Made by a program: the position numbers and the translations under genes. From positions 64,001-128,000 of the IMG/VR virus record IMGVR_UViG_3300031992_000029: a stretch of DNA of 64,000 bases, one strand, 5' to 3'. Within the stretch, counting starts at the first letter, position 1; each line of letters opens with the position of its first letter. Positions 1 to 9,199 of the stretch are shown piece after piece. The DNA is from a virus. Lineage: Duplodnaviria > Caudoviricetes. The notes below the pieces were generated by a model. The model was not told where the DNA came from, did not search any database, and saw only the letters and a list, made by a program, of their open reading frames with translations.

Positions 1-1
1 A

Positions 2-331
2 TCCGTTTACGACGAGTATCTTAAAGAAAATGAACAGAAGGAAGTTGTGCAAGAAACGCCAGAAGCTCCTGAAGAAGTGAGTGGTAAGGCAGAAGAAGTA
101 AAGGTGGCATATGCGAGCGCATTTAATTCGGCATATGGCAAGACATTTACTGCAACTGGAGACGTTTATATGAGGGCTGGAGCAGGAACATCATATAAGG
201 ATATAACTGTTGTAAAGAAGGGTGACAGTGTGAAATGCTACGGGTACTATACGAAAGTAAACGGGACGCCGTGGTATTTAGTCACATATAAAAATATGAA
301 GGGATTTGTATCCGGCAAGTACCTCAAGTAA
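2..331 (+). CDS. C-terminal part of a cell-wall protein/endolysin with an SH3b domain (5' end outside window)
   Basis: Frame is open to the window edge; 'ATGDVYMRAGAGTSY...WY.V.Y...GFVSGKYL' is SH3b-like; next to holin genes. Confidence 0.7.
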   Translation, partial: SVYDEYLKENEQKEVVQETPEAPEEVSGKAEEVKVAYASAFNSAYGKTFTATGDVYMRAGAGTSYKDITVVKKGDSVKCYGYYTKVNGTPWYLVTYKNMKGFVSGKYLK

Positions 332-340
332 GGAGAAGAA

Positions 341-706
341 ATGGGAAGTATTATTAATCAATTTATTGCAGAGTACGGAAATACTATTATTTATACAATT
401 ATCACTGGAATTATTGGATATGTTGGAATTGGAATCAAGATGCTTATTACAAAGTATATCAATGATAGTCGTAAGAGATCCATTGCGAGAACTTGTGTAG
501 AAGCTGTTGAGCAGATTTGTAAAACACTTGATATCCATGGAGAAGAGAAGTTTAAGAAGTGTGCGGAATATATTTCTGGACTTGCTAAAGAAAATGGCAT
601 TAAGATTGGAGAGACTGAAATCAAAATGCTTATTGAACAGGCCGTACATACACTCAATCAAAATGTAAATGAGGCACTAGATAACAAAGCGCCTATTGAA
701 GAGTAA
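341..706 (+). CDS. Phage holin, LL-H-like family
   Basis: One N-terminal TM helix, 'VEAVEQ...GEEKF...IEQAV' pattern, RBS AAGGAG. Confidence 0.7.
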   Translation: MGSIINQFIAEYGNTIIYTIITGIIGYVGIGIKMLITKYINDSRKRSIARTCVEAVEQICKTLDIHGEEKFKKCAEYISGLAKENGIKIGETEIKMLIEQAVHTLNQNVNEALDNKAPIEE

Positions 707-742
707 CGCAATGGCGTTACCTAGTTAAGGGGGTATAGGCTT

Positions 743-1252
743 ATGTCAGTAGAAGATATTCTTGCTCCAATCGGCGTCGATATGCCGGCTGTCACAGGAA
801 CAACATCATTCGTATTCATAATTATAATCTTACTCATGACAATTATTCAGGTCACTCCAATCAAGATAAATCCATGGGACTTTGTCTTAGGATGGATCGG
901 CGACAGAATGAACTCTCACATCATCAAAAAGGTAGATACCCTAGACCAAAAGCTGACTGGTCATATTCAAGAGAGTAGAGAGGGGTCAATAAAACGTAAG
1001 AGACTTAGGATATTAGCATTCGTAGACGATGGGATTAATGGTAAGAGATATACCAAAGAAGCATATGAAAATATGATTCGCGAGTGCGATGATTATGAAA
1101 AGTTTATTAAAGAGACCGGGTTGCCAAACGGTGTTATAGAAGCGTCGATAGATGTGATTAGAACAAGATATAGGCAACATTTAAACGACGGTGATTTTGC
1201 GGAGTATCCTTGTGAATATAACGACGACGGCGCCGACATTACAAGTAAATAA
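743..1252 (+). CDS. Phage membrane protein of the lysis cassette
   Basis: N-terminal TM segment with 'IQVTPIKINPW'; follows the holin. Confidence 0.55.
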   Translation: MSVEDILAPIGVDMPAVTGTTSFVFIIIILLMTIIQVTPIKINPWDFVLGWIGDRMNSHIIKKVDTLDQKLTGHIQESREGSIKRKRLRILAFVDDGINGKRYTKEAYENMIRECDDYEKFIKETGLPNGVIEASIDVIRTRYRQHLNDGDFAEYPCEYNDDGADITSK

Positions 1253-1254
1253 AT

Positions 1255-1297
1255 AAAAAAGCAGACCTTGCATTACAGCTTGGTCTGCTTTCTTTTT
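1255..1297 (+). terminator. Intrinsic terminator, possibly bidirectional
   Basis: AAAAAAGCAGACC...GGTCTGCTTTTCTTTTT hairpin with flanking A and T runs. Confidence 0.7.
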
Positions 1298-1452
1298 CCT
1301 TATTATCTGCCTCAGAAAGCCTTCATTTATCCCTGTACAGACGTTTTTATTATCTTCGTGAGTACTTGTTAGGCTGTGATATAAAGCCTCTTAGAATCGA
1401 TATTTGAGCCTTAAAATCGACTGTGTGTTTGTTTGTAAGCTGAGCACGTTCA

Positions 1453-1802
1453 GTTGCGTAAACTTATCAGAAGGTCAAAACCATACGCAGTTACGCAATC
1501 TTATACGCAATTAATACGCAACACACATCGATTTGTAGTCATATGATACCTTGTGGTATAAGCCAGTAGCTTAATAGTATTGTGCATTTTACACTATAAA
1601 AACGCAGTTTTATAACGATTCTCTAGTGTAAAAGCGGATATACAAGAAGTTATTTTGCACTGACCTGAATTGCTAAGTTGCCATCAGAACGGCTTAACTA
1701 CGTCGATTTCGCGAAATCGTACGCAAGTCTTACGCAACTCATACATATCTATAGTCAATATGATGAAAAAATGCGTACGCAATTTGTGACTTTTTACGCA
1801 AG
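1453..1802. repeat. Candidate attP with integrase arm-type repeats (TACGCA[A/G])
   Basis: TACGCA(A/G) at 1484, 1492, 1504, 1515, 1720, 1731, 1776, 1795 and inverted at 1454-1460, immediately downstream of the integrase. Confidence 0.55.
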
Positions 1803-2996
1803 TAGGTCTCCGGCTTTGAGTACGGCTTCATTAGTTTTATCTTCTAGCACATGTGTGTAAGAAACTGTAGTACTATAATTTGCGTGACCCATTATATTTT
1901 GTATAACAAGTGGGTCTAGTCCTTTCTCAAAGCATCTTGTAGCAAATGTGTGGCGAAATGCGTGCGGATAAATGTGCTCAAACACTCTTGGCTCTCTGCC
2001 CTCTATGAATGCAGTTCTCGATTCGTTAAGATTTATATTATCTTCCACACGTTTCATGTCGTGGATAATATTATATCTTGTGACCGGTGAGCCGAATGTG
2101 GTTGTAAACACTAAGTCTCCAAGCGACGGGTCTGCTCTCCATCTGCTACCTAGTTTCTTCTTATATATATCCTGTTTCTTTTTCCAGTCTTTAAAGAATT
2201 GTTCTACGTCACCAAAGAAAGGTATATCTCTATACGAGTTAGCTGTTTTTGGCGTTGTAAGTTCGAGAATCTTTTTGCCGTCAAGGTATCCTGTTTGCAT
2301 GGATCGACGGATGTGAATCTTTTTTCTTTGGAAGTCTACATCGCCCCACTGTAATCCAGAGAACTCTCCGATTCTCATGCCTGTTAACAGTAGTATCCTA
2401 TACATCTCACGATAGTAGCTAGTCTCAGTAGCTTTTAAAAGTGCGTCTTGTTCCCAGTGGCTCAGTACCCTACGTTCTTTCATAGCCTCATTTTCGTCTC
2501 TAATGCTTATTCCAACGATAGGATTAAACACTATTATCTTATTGGCTATTGCGCTGTCAAAGCATTCTCTTAGTTGGCTTAGCGCCTCACTCAGTCCTCT
2601 GCTAGAGTAGTTTCCTATATCAGCAAGTTCGTTGGTCGCATCCTGTATATTCATTTGGCTTATATCTTTTAATAATTTATTGCCAAGTATTTTAATATAC
2701 GTGTTATCAACTCTTCTTCTATAGGTTTTCCTGCTTATCTCTGACTTTAATTGCCTCGACTTGCATTTTTCAAACCACTCATCAAACCAACTCTTTAACG
2801 TAAGATCTGGTCTTATCCCTTTCTCATCTCTTAACAGCCTCGCTTTCTCTTCTTCGAAACTCTTCTTTAAAGCTGGTAACGACATATTATATATGTCAAT
2901 TTTCTTGCCGTTTACTACGGCTCTGGCTTCATACCTCCCGTCTGGACGTTGACTAAAACCACGTCCGAGTTCCTTGCCTGTTAAATCCTTTCCCAT
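1794..2996 (-). CDS. int: Tyrosine integrase with Tn916-type N-terminal arm-binding domain
   Basis: TGMRIGE, HAFRHTFATR, MGHA and catalytic Y in YTHV; N-terminal 'QRPDGRYEAR'. Confidence 0.93.
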   Translation of the reverse strand: MGKDLTGKELGRGFSQRPDGRYEARAVVNGKKIDIYNMSLPALKKSFEEEKARLLRDEKGIRPDLTLKSWFDEWFEKCKSRQLKSEISRKTYRRRVDNTYIKILGNKLLKDISQMNIQDATNELADIGNYSSRGLSEALSQLRECFDSAIANKIIVFNPIVGISIRDENEAMKERRVLSHWEQDALLKATETSYYREMYRILLLTGMRIGEFSGLQWGDVDFQRKKIHIRRSMQTGYLDGKKILELTTPKTANSYRDIPFFGDVEQFFKDWKKKQDIYKKKLGSRWRADPSLGDLVFTTTFGSPVTRYNIIHDMKRVEDNINLNESRTAFIEGREPRVFEHIYPHAFRHTFATRCFEKGLDPLVIQNIMGHANYSTTVSYTHVLEDKTNEAVLKAGDLLA

Positions 2997-3315
2997 AACT
3001 TATCTCCTTTCGGTTATAAATTATCGTACTCAGCTTACACACATATTGTATCATATGTTTAGATTTATATCAACTATTTTGTTTTTCGCCAGCCTGTTCA
3101 TCGGCTGGCGTTTCTTTCTCCTCATCCTGTTCGGGTTGTGGCTCCTCGTATTCTTCTGTTTCTCCGATATTGCTAGAGGCCACTATCTCAGTGGCCTCTT
3201 TTAATGCAGCAAAAAACATTTTTAATCTTTGAGGGTCTCCAACAATATGCAGGTCTCTTAAATCAATCCATTTTAAAATTTCTTGCTTTGTTATATAATC
3301 ACCTCATTCAACACA

Positions 3316-4551
3316 TTAATCTTTATGCGTTAGTCGCCATTCCACAGAACGTTTTAGATAATCCACATACTCATCATCTTTACACATACCTTTGCCTGGT
3401 GTATCAGATATTTTTGCAACAGGTCCGCCATTGCACATAGTAGCTTTCATTACGATATTAAGTGGCTCAACGCACGTATCATTTGCAATGTAGGTACCAA
3501 TACCAAACGCTACATGGCATCTATCTGCAAAGTACTTATAAATTTCTGCAGCTCTATCAAAGTCTAGGCTATCACTAAACAACAGTGTCTTTGTCTTTGG
3601 ATCAATACCAAAGGATTCATACTTTTTAATAATCTTCTCTCCCCATTCATATGGGTCGCCGCTATCCTGTCTTACTCCAGAGAACAGGGTTGCATATGTG
3701 ATATCAAAGTCTCGCAGGAATACATCTGTCCCAAGCGTGTCTGTAAGAGCGATACCGTTCATTGTTTTGTATTCTTTCACCCACGCATCCAGCGCAAATC
3801 TGTTACCGTACGCTACGTTGTACTGTTTCATCCCCTGCATAGCCATGATAAACTCATGGGCGATTGTACCTTTAGCAAGATCATAAATACCGAAATCATT
3901 CATAAGTTTTGCGATATGGACGTTAGATGTGCCAACGATGCAGGACTCACTAGTCTTTTTGAAGTGCTTAGAATAGTAGAACATCTTAATAGCTTCGAGT
4001 TGTGCTTCGTAAGATAACCTTCTTCTTGTGCCAAACTCGCTAAACTGTCCAATAATAATCTCGTTATCATCAAGCCTTCTAACCTTTTCAACTAGCTTAT
4101 CGTTAAAACTTTTGATCAGTTTATCGTAGTCATATTCCATTCTGAAATACACTTCATTCACGATAGCAAGAATTGGGACTTCGTACATTGTAGTATTCAG
4201 CCAACTGCCTTTAGCTTCGATTGCTAGGCCACATGGAGCGTCATCTGTTATTTCAATATCATCGAGTTTCGGACGCCACATACGTAGGAAGTTCAGGTAG
4301 CCAGCTTTAAGCCAGGGATAATTAAGTTCAAGATATTTAATCTCGTCATCATTAAAACGTAAGTCGCAGAACGCTTGCACTTGTTCTTTGATTTCTTGAA
4401 CCATCTCACCTGTGAAGTGTACGTTCTCGTTTCTGCACTTGAACGTCCACGTCATCATAAAGTCAGGGAACTGACTGTAGATGCATTGGCCCATATTGAA
4501 TTTATACAAATCAGTATCGAGAAGACTTTGGATCATTCTAGGAAAAATCAT
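3316..4551 (-). CDS. pncB: Nicotinate phosphoribosyltransferase
   Basis: LLDTDLYKF, EFGTRRR, GTSNV, GTIAHE, RQDSGDP, FSDSL, FGIGT, KISDTPGK motifs. Confidence 0.95.
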   Translation of the reverse strand: MIFPRMIQSLLDTDLYKFNMGQCIYSQFPDFMMTWTFKCRNENVHFTGEMVQEIKEQVQAFCDLRFNDDEIKYLELNYPWLKAGYLNFLRMWRPKLDDIEITDDAPCGLAIEAKGSWLNTTMYEVPILAIVNEVYFRMEYDYDKLIKSFNDKLVEKVRRLDDNEIIIGQFSEFGTRRRLSYEAQLEAIKMFYYSKHFKKTSESCIVGTSNVHIAKLMNDFGIYDLAKGTIAHEFIMAMQGMKQYNVAYGNRFALDAWVKEYKTMNGIALTDTLGTDVFLRDFDITYATLFSGVRQDSGDPYEWGEKIIKKYESFGIDPKTKTLLFSDSLDFDRAAEIYKYFADRCHVAFGIGTYIANDTCVEPLNIVMKATMCNGGPVAKISDTPGKGMCKDDEYVDYLKRSVEWRLTHKD

Positions 4552-5159
4552 TCTTCTGACGCCTTTCTCCACGGTTCTTTTCCGTGGTTTAAAACCTCAA
4601 CCATAATTGCCTGCATAGCCTTAATTGCTGTATCGTGAGATTCTGGTGTGACTCCTGCACAACATGCGGCATCAACAACAATATGCGCGTTTGGAAGTGC
4701 CGTCTTTGCAATCACCGCATTACTAATTACGCAAATATCTGTACACAGACCAACCAGTTCTATAGTAATTCCATTGCCATATTCGCTATCGCTGTCAGTC
4801 GTATCGGACGATCTGTAGCGAAGAGCTTCAATAAGATTGTCAGCACCGAATGTTGGCTTTCTTATAACCCAAGAATTATACCCCTTACCAGCATCGGCTT
4901 GTTCGAGCAATCCATCTTTAATCATCCAGCCATGTGTACAGAAAATACAATGCTTTACTGGTAGATTTCTGCCCTCTTCTGTTTCTAAATAATCAGAAGA
5001 GTAGTGCGTATCTTGAGTAAACAAAATGATATCGTCGTTATAATTGTATTCATGAATCTTTTTTGCGACATTATCAACAATTGCTTCTGCCATTGGACTT
5101 CCTAACGCTCCGTCTATAAAGTCGTTTTGCATATCAACTACAATAAGTATCTTCTTCAT
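4548..5159 (-). CDS. pncA: Nicotinamidase (isochorismatase family)
   Basis: VVDMQNDF, DTH, HC...HGW, K, GLCTDICV catalytic motifs; ATGA overlap with pncB. Confidence 0.9.
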   Translation of the reverse strand: MKKILIVVDMQNDFIDGALGSPMAEAIVDNVAKKIHEYNYNDDIILFTQDTHYSSDYLETEEGRNLPVKHCIFCTHGWMIKDGLLEQADAGKGYNSWVIRKPTFGADNLIEALRYRSSDTTDSDSEYGNGITIELVGLCTDICVISNAVIAKTALPNAHIVVDAACCAGVTPESHDTAIKAMQAIMVEVLNHGKEPWRKASEE

Positions 5160-5550
5160 TAGTTTCCTTTCCTTCTATGTGTGAACAAATTGTATTGTAT
5201 AATATGACGAACAGCTCTTCTGACGGAATCCACACGTATTTTTCGATTGCATAACGGATGTCAGTTACTGCTATCAAATTTGTTTTAGATTGAAACGTTA
5301 TTATATCTCTATAATCATGGTACAGAGCTGATCCAATACGGAAAATTAATGGATTACCATATATGACTGAAGTAATTGGAGTTCTACCAGTAATTAAGCT
5401 AACCAATATATCAACTGGTATTTCAGCTCTTTTCGACAGCTCGTCTATTGTTATGTCGTTTTTACACATGGCATCTAGTATATTATAGGTAACTATTATT
5501 TTAAATTCATCTAGTCCGTCCAGAGGTCTATAAAACGTCATTTCTACCAC
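5134..5550 (-). CDS. XRE-like helix-turn-helix protein
   Basis: 'ITIDELSKRAEIPVDILVSLITG' HTH-like segment. Confidence 0.5.
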   Translation of the reverse strand: MVEMTFYRPLDGLDEFKIIVTYNILDAMCKNDITIDELSKRAEIPVDILVSLITGRTPITSVIYGNPLIFRIGSALYHDYRDIITFQSKTNLIAVTDIRYAIEKYVWIPSEELFVILYNTICSHIEGKETNEEDTYCS

Positions 5551-5728
5551 CTACTGCAAAGTTACTTACAATATAGCATTCGTCAGTACAAACTGTACTG
5601 TGATAATCTTTGAAAAATTTATAGCAACTATTTGCTGCTAAATAGTTATCAAATACCGTGACAACTGGTTCTTCGCCGCTATCACAATACGTCACTACCC
5701 ACACAGTCCTGTTCTGTCTCCTCATCAA
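5528..5728 (-). CDS. Hypothetical protein
   Basis: Co-oriented ORF overlapping its neighbours. Confidence 0.45.
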   Translation of the reverse strand: MMRRQNRTVWVVTYCDSGEEPVVTVFDNYLAANSCYKFFKDYHSTVCTDECYIVSNFAVGGRNDVL

Positions 5729-6112
5729 ATATATCCTCTTGCATTAACAATTTTCTGATTAGCCTCTTACCAGTCTCATACCTCATCTTCTTACCAAACC
5801 ATGCGATATACTTACATTTAGCTGTCTTCTTGTCACAGCCGTTATTTACATAGTTATGTCTTGCCTTACGTTTCTGTGCTTCGCTACTCATCTCATGTTG
5901 TCCTCCATTATTAGAGCACATGTTTTAAGTTCATCTGCAATCGAAATCAATCTATTTGCTTCATGAATCTCCATGTGACAATCAATCACATAATACATTG
6001 CGAGTTCGTATAAGTCCGTTACTATATCTTGTAAATTTTTCATGATAAACCACCATATATTGTGTATGTAGTGTGAATGAAATCTGCCTTTTATATATAT
6101 GCCTTTACTGCG

Positions 6113-6328
6113 TTACTCGGGTTGATGCTGTTCCCACCATTTTCTTTTGACTTCTTCTACTACCGGCTTAATATCATCGTGGAAATAACCGTCTGCTTTT
6201 TCGATGGCATAGATTATCTCTATCAGTGCTGATTCTGTATTTCCGTTACGAATAGAGCGAATGGCATTATTAAGCATGTCGCAAGATGGATATTTGCCGA
6301 ACCTTGCATTCTTCTTTTTAAAAAACAT
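6113..6328 (-). CDS. Hypothetical protein
   Basis: RBS AGGAG, operon context. Confidence 0.55.
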   Translation of the reverse strand: MFFKKKNARFGKYPSCDMLNNAIRSIRNGNTESALIEIIYAIEKADGYFHDDIKPVVEEVKRKWWEQHQPE

Positions 6329-6340
6329 AAAACGCTCCTA

Positions 6341-6814
6341 TTAAGGCGCAATATAATGATGTGAAACATATACTATTACATCGCTTAGCACATCATGTAT
6401 GTTGTTTGCATAAGTGAATATTCTTATTGCCTCAGCTTTGATCCACGGATGAATATTTTCAAGTGTCGACTCTTTTGCAATGCCTATAATCGGAATATGT
6501 AATTCGTAGGCAAGCATAAGTTCTTGTGCAGTACCTATGCTATCGAGTTTGTTTAAATTGACTATTACAAAATCAGAGGTACGTAGATGTGACAAACAAA
6601 ATTCCATTCCCTCTTTTTCTTCACTATCGGAGCTACATCCATTTGGATTAAAATGCGCTACAGGATTTACAATGATACAATTTTCATGGCTTGAGTAAAA
6701 GTCACATATTGCCTCACGCCACTTAGAACTTTCATCGTCGCTTAGACCAGTAATCCCACCGGACAAAAATATTTTAAATTTGTTATCCATACGATTCCTT
6801 ATGTATTTACTCAC
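6341..6814 (-). CDS. Nucleoside 2-deoxyribosyltransferase-like / nucleotide N-hydrolase
   Basis: IFLSGGI...NP...SD.VIV...SIGTAQEL.LA...IPII pattern. Confidence 0.75.
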   Translation of the reverse strand: MSKYIRNRMDNKFKIFLSGGITGLSDDESSKWREAICDFYSSHENCIIVNPVAHFNPNGCSSDSEEKEGMEFCLSHLRTSDFVIVNLNKLDSIGTAQELMLAYELHIPIIGIAKESTLENIHPWIKAEAIRIFTYANNIHDVLSDVIVYVSHHYIAP

Positions 6815-7163
6815 TAATTAAATCCCTGTCATATTTGCGTTTATAGTCTGCAAATATTCCGCTTATTTCCAAATCTAACTGGTACTGATCCAATTGCCCA
6901 CTTACACCATCTTTCCGATTCTTCCTGCTTTTTTGGTATGCGTTGTATAATTCTTGTATAAATACGTGAAGGTCGTTGTCGTCCTGGCTCATGTCTGGTG
7001 CTTTTGAAAATATAAGCCTCTCTCTAATGTCAACGCTGTCAAAAGAGAAAATGCCGCTACCGATATTTACGTGGTACTTCGGTGACAGGAAAGCGCTGTC
7101 GCTTTCTATTCTTGTTATCTCTCCTTTAACAAGTACCTTATCACCAATTTTATACTTGTTCAT
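6807..7163 (-). CDS. Hypothetical protein with N-terminal KOW/SH3-like start
   Basis: Starts 'KYKIGDKVLV'. Confidence 0.5.
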   Translation of the reverse strand: MNKYKIGDKVLVKGEITRIESDSAFLSPKYHVNIGSGIFSFDSVDIRERLIFSKAPDMSQDDNDLHVFIQELYNAYQKSRKNRKDGVSGQLDQYQLDLEISGIFADYKRKYDRDLISE

Positions 7164-7180
7164 AATTGTCTCCTTGTGGT

Positions 7181-7621
7181 TTAATTACCAGTGCTTCCAA
7201 AGCCACCATTTCCTCTATCAGTTTCACTAAGCTGATCGACTTCGTTAAATGATACGTCCAAAATAGGGATGAATATGAGCTGTGCGATTCTATCGCCGTT
7301 ATTAACTTTTCTAGGAATGTCTGTATCGTTATGTAATGCTACGATTATTTCTCCTCTGTAATCAGAATCAATTACACCGACGCAATTCGCCAGTCTTAAT
7401 CCCTGCTTTGTTGCAAGCCCGCTTCTGGGAAAAATTCCCCCGATTGCATCATCAGGCACTTCCATAGCCACACCTGTCTTGACCATCACAGTGGAGTGTG
7501 CCGGGATATATACCTTATTAACTACATGGGCATACAGATCAAAACCGCCAGCTTTCTCGGTGCCCTTAGTTGGAACAATTGAATCTTCGTATAATTTCTT
7601 AATGTTTACGTCTACTTTCAC
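7181..7621 (-). CDS. dut: Trimeric dUTPase
   Basis: AGGFDL, RSGLA, GVIDSDYRGEI, RIAQL, RGNGGFGSTG motifs. Confidence 0.97.
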   Translation of the reverse strand: MKVDVNIKKLYEDSIVPTKGTEKAGGFDLYAHVVNKVYIPAHSTVMVKTGVAMEVPDDAIGGIFPRSGLATKQGLRLANCVGVIDSDYRGEIIVALHNDTDIPRKVNNGDRIAQLIFIPILDVSFNEVDQLSETDRGNGGFGSTGN

Positions 7622-7629
7622 TATGTCTC

Positions 7630-8094
7630 CTATTTAATACATACAAGAATTTCAATATCTGTGTCTTCGAATGTTTTCTTGATGAGTCTTGATACGACAT
7701 CCCATCTTAGCTTATCAAGACCACATCCGATTTTAGGCATTGCCAGCTTCTTAATTTTGTACTGGCTACAAAGTTTTTTCATTGCTCTGAGCGCTGCATA
7801 CATAGAGTCGTACTTAGGCTTATCGGAATATCTTCTCTTTGTTACAAGGTTCATTACGCCGTTCGCGTAAAGACAATCTCCATATTTACTTGGATCTACG
7901 ATGTCCCAAAAGTCTGTGTATCCTTTATATCTCTCTTTGAGTTGCTCTCTAAGACTGAATCTTTTTTCGAACTCAACTGCTATCCCAGCGCCAAGAGCAA
8001 AATCTGCACTAATGCAGTGCGCAAGAAAATATTCTTCTGGTACATCAAACAGATTCATTTTCTCTTCGTGATAAACCATATTCTTCTCCGTCAA
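7630..8094 (-). CDS. Macrodomain protein (Poa1p/TARG1-like ADP-ribose hydrolase)
   Basis: LAHCISADFALGAGIA, NLVTK, AMPKIGCGLD.L.W motifs. Confidence 0.88.
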   Translation of the reverse strand: MTEKNMVYHEEKMNLFDVPEEYFLAHCISADFALGAGIAVEFEKRFSLREQLKERYKGYTDFWDIVDPSKYGDCLYANGVMNLVTKRRYSDKPKYDSMYAALRAMKKLCSQYKIKKLAMPKIGCGLDKLRWDVVSRLIKKTFEDTDIEILVCIK

Positions 8095-8156
8095 CAGTAA
8101 TCCACGACAGCGATACTATTATGAATGTAAAAAAGTACAGCGCCGCGATAAAATAT

Positions 8157-8450
8157 TTACTCGCCATCTGGCGTTTCTTTTTGGATGATGTCGAATTGTT
8201 CTTTATCTACGATTGCATATTTTCTACCATCTATCAGAGATAAGATGATCGACCCTTCTCCGTCATTAAGACTCCATGTGAATCCTGCAAATCCATCCTC
8301 TAGGAATGATTTAGAGCAGGAAATATGTTTCATAACAGCGATAATGCAATCAGTTGTTACTTCAATACGTCCCTTGTCTGAGAGCGTATCGTCTTTTTGT
8401 TTATAGCCAGTATAAATTTTTCCATCTTCACAACATCTAATTACTCTCAT
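8157..8450 (-). CDS. Hypothetical protein
   Basis: ATGA-coupled ORF. Confidence 0.55.
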   Translation of the reverse strand: MRVIRCCEDGKIYTGYKQKDDTLSDKGRIEVTTDCIIAVMKHISCSKSFLEDGFAGFTWSLNDGEGSIILSLIDGRKYAIVDKEQFDIIQKETPDGE

Positions 8451-8641
8451 TTGAGGTCCTCCTTGGCATAGAGTTCTATCACCACATTATAAATAGGCAC
8501 TATATATTTCTTTCCATTCGTACCATAGATTTCATAAGAACGAGAATCTGTTCTTGAATAATCACTTATTGCGATTGTGCTCGTGCAGAGACCACAAAAG
8601 TTTATGTAGGCTACCCCAATACATTTTGGCTTTTCTTGCAA
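8447..8641 (-). CDS. Hypothetical protein
   Basis: RBS AAGGAG, operon context. Confidence 0.45.
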   Translation of the reverse strand: MQEKPKCIGVAYINFCGLCTSTIAISDYSRTDSRSYEIYGTNGKKYIVPIYNVVIELYAKEDLK

Positions 8642-8719
8642 AATTATTATTCTCCTTAAAATTTCTAGCTATTTTGTAGGCATCCATTTCAAGTAATGGA
8701 AATTGCGACGTCCACATTA

Positions 8720-9199
8720 TTAACTAATCCTTTCGGCATATTGATTATCAGATGCCAGATTAACCCCTAATACATCATCCATATGCGACTCTTGTCCGGG
8801 GATATATCTTCCGAATTTGATAATCACATTCTCAAATTTCTGTAACTCTTGTATATATTCTGATATTTCGTCTTTGTTGTATCCTGTGTAGATCACTACA
8901 TCGTCGTCGCAGTTGTATGTATCTCTTAACATGCTAATGAATTCAAACACATCTTCCCAAGAATCGAATGGTTCAAGACCTTGCATAACCACTGCGCTAG
9001 TGATAAAATCCGACATGTATCTACATATTACTTCCCATGTCGGGATGTCGATATCCGGCTCCTTAGAAAGTTGACTGTTCTGACAAACAGAACAGCCAAA
9101 CTCTCTATCGCATTTGAAGTTGCAATAAGGGAATTCCAAAACCATAGATATCTTTTTGTAGTTAATCATGTCTTCGAAAATAATTCCCTTTAGTTTCAT
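8720..9199 (-). CDS. nrdG: Anaerobic ribonucleotide reductase activase (radical SAM)
   Basis: Cys cluster CNFKC...C..CQN, GLEP, YTGY, KFGRY, S.NQ; coupled to nrdD. Confidence 0.85.
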   Translation of the reverse strand: MKLKGIIFEDMINYKKISMVLEFPYCNFKCDREFGCSVCQNSQLSKEPDIDIPTWEVICRYMSDFITSAVVMQGLEPFDSWEDVFEFISMLRDTYNCDDDVVIYTGYNKDEISEYIQELQKFENVIIKFGRYIPGQESHMDDVLGVNLASDNQYAERIS

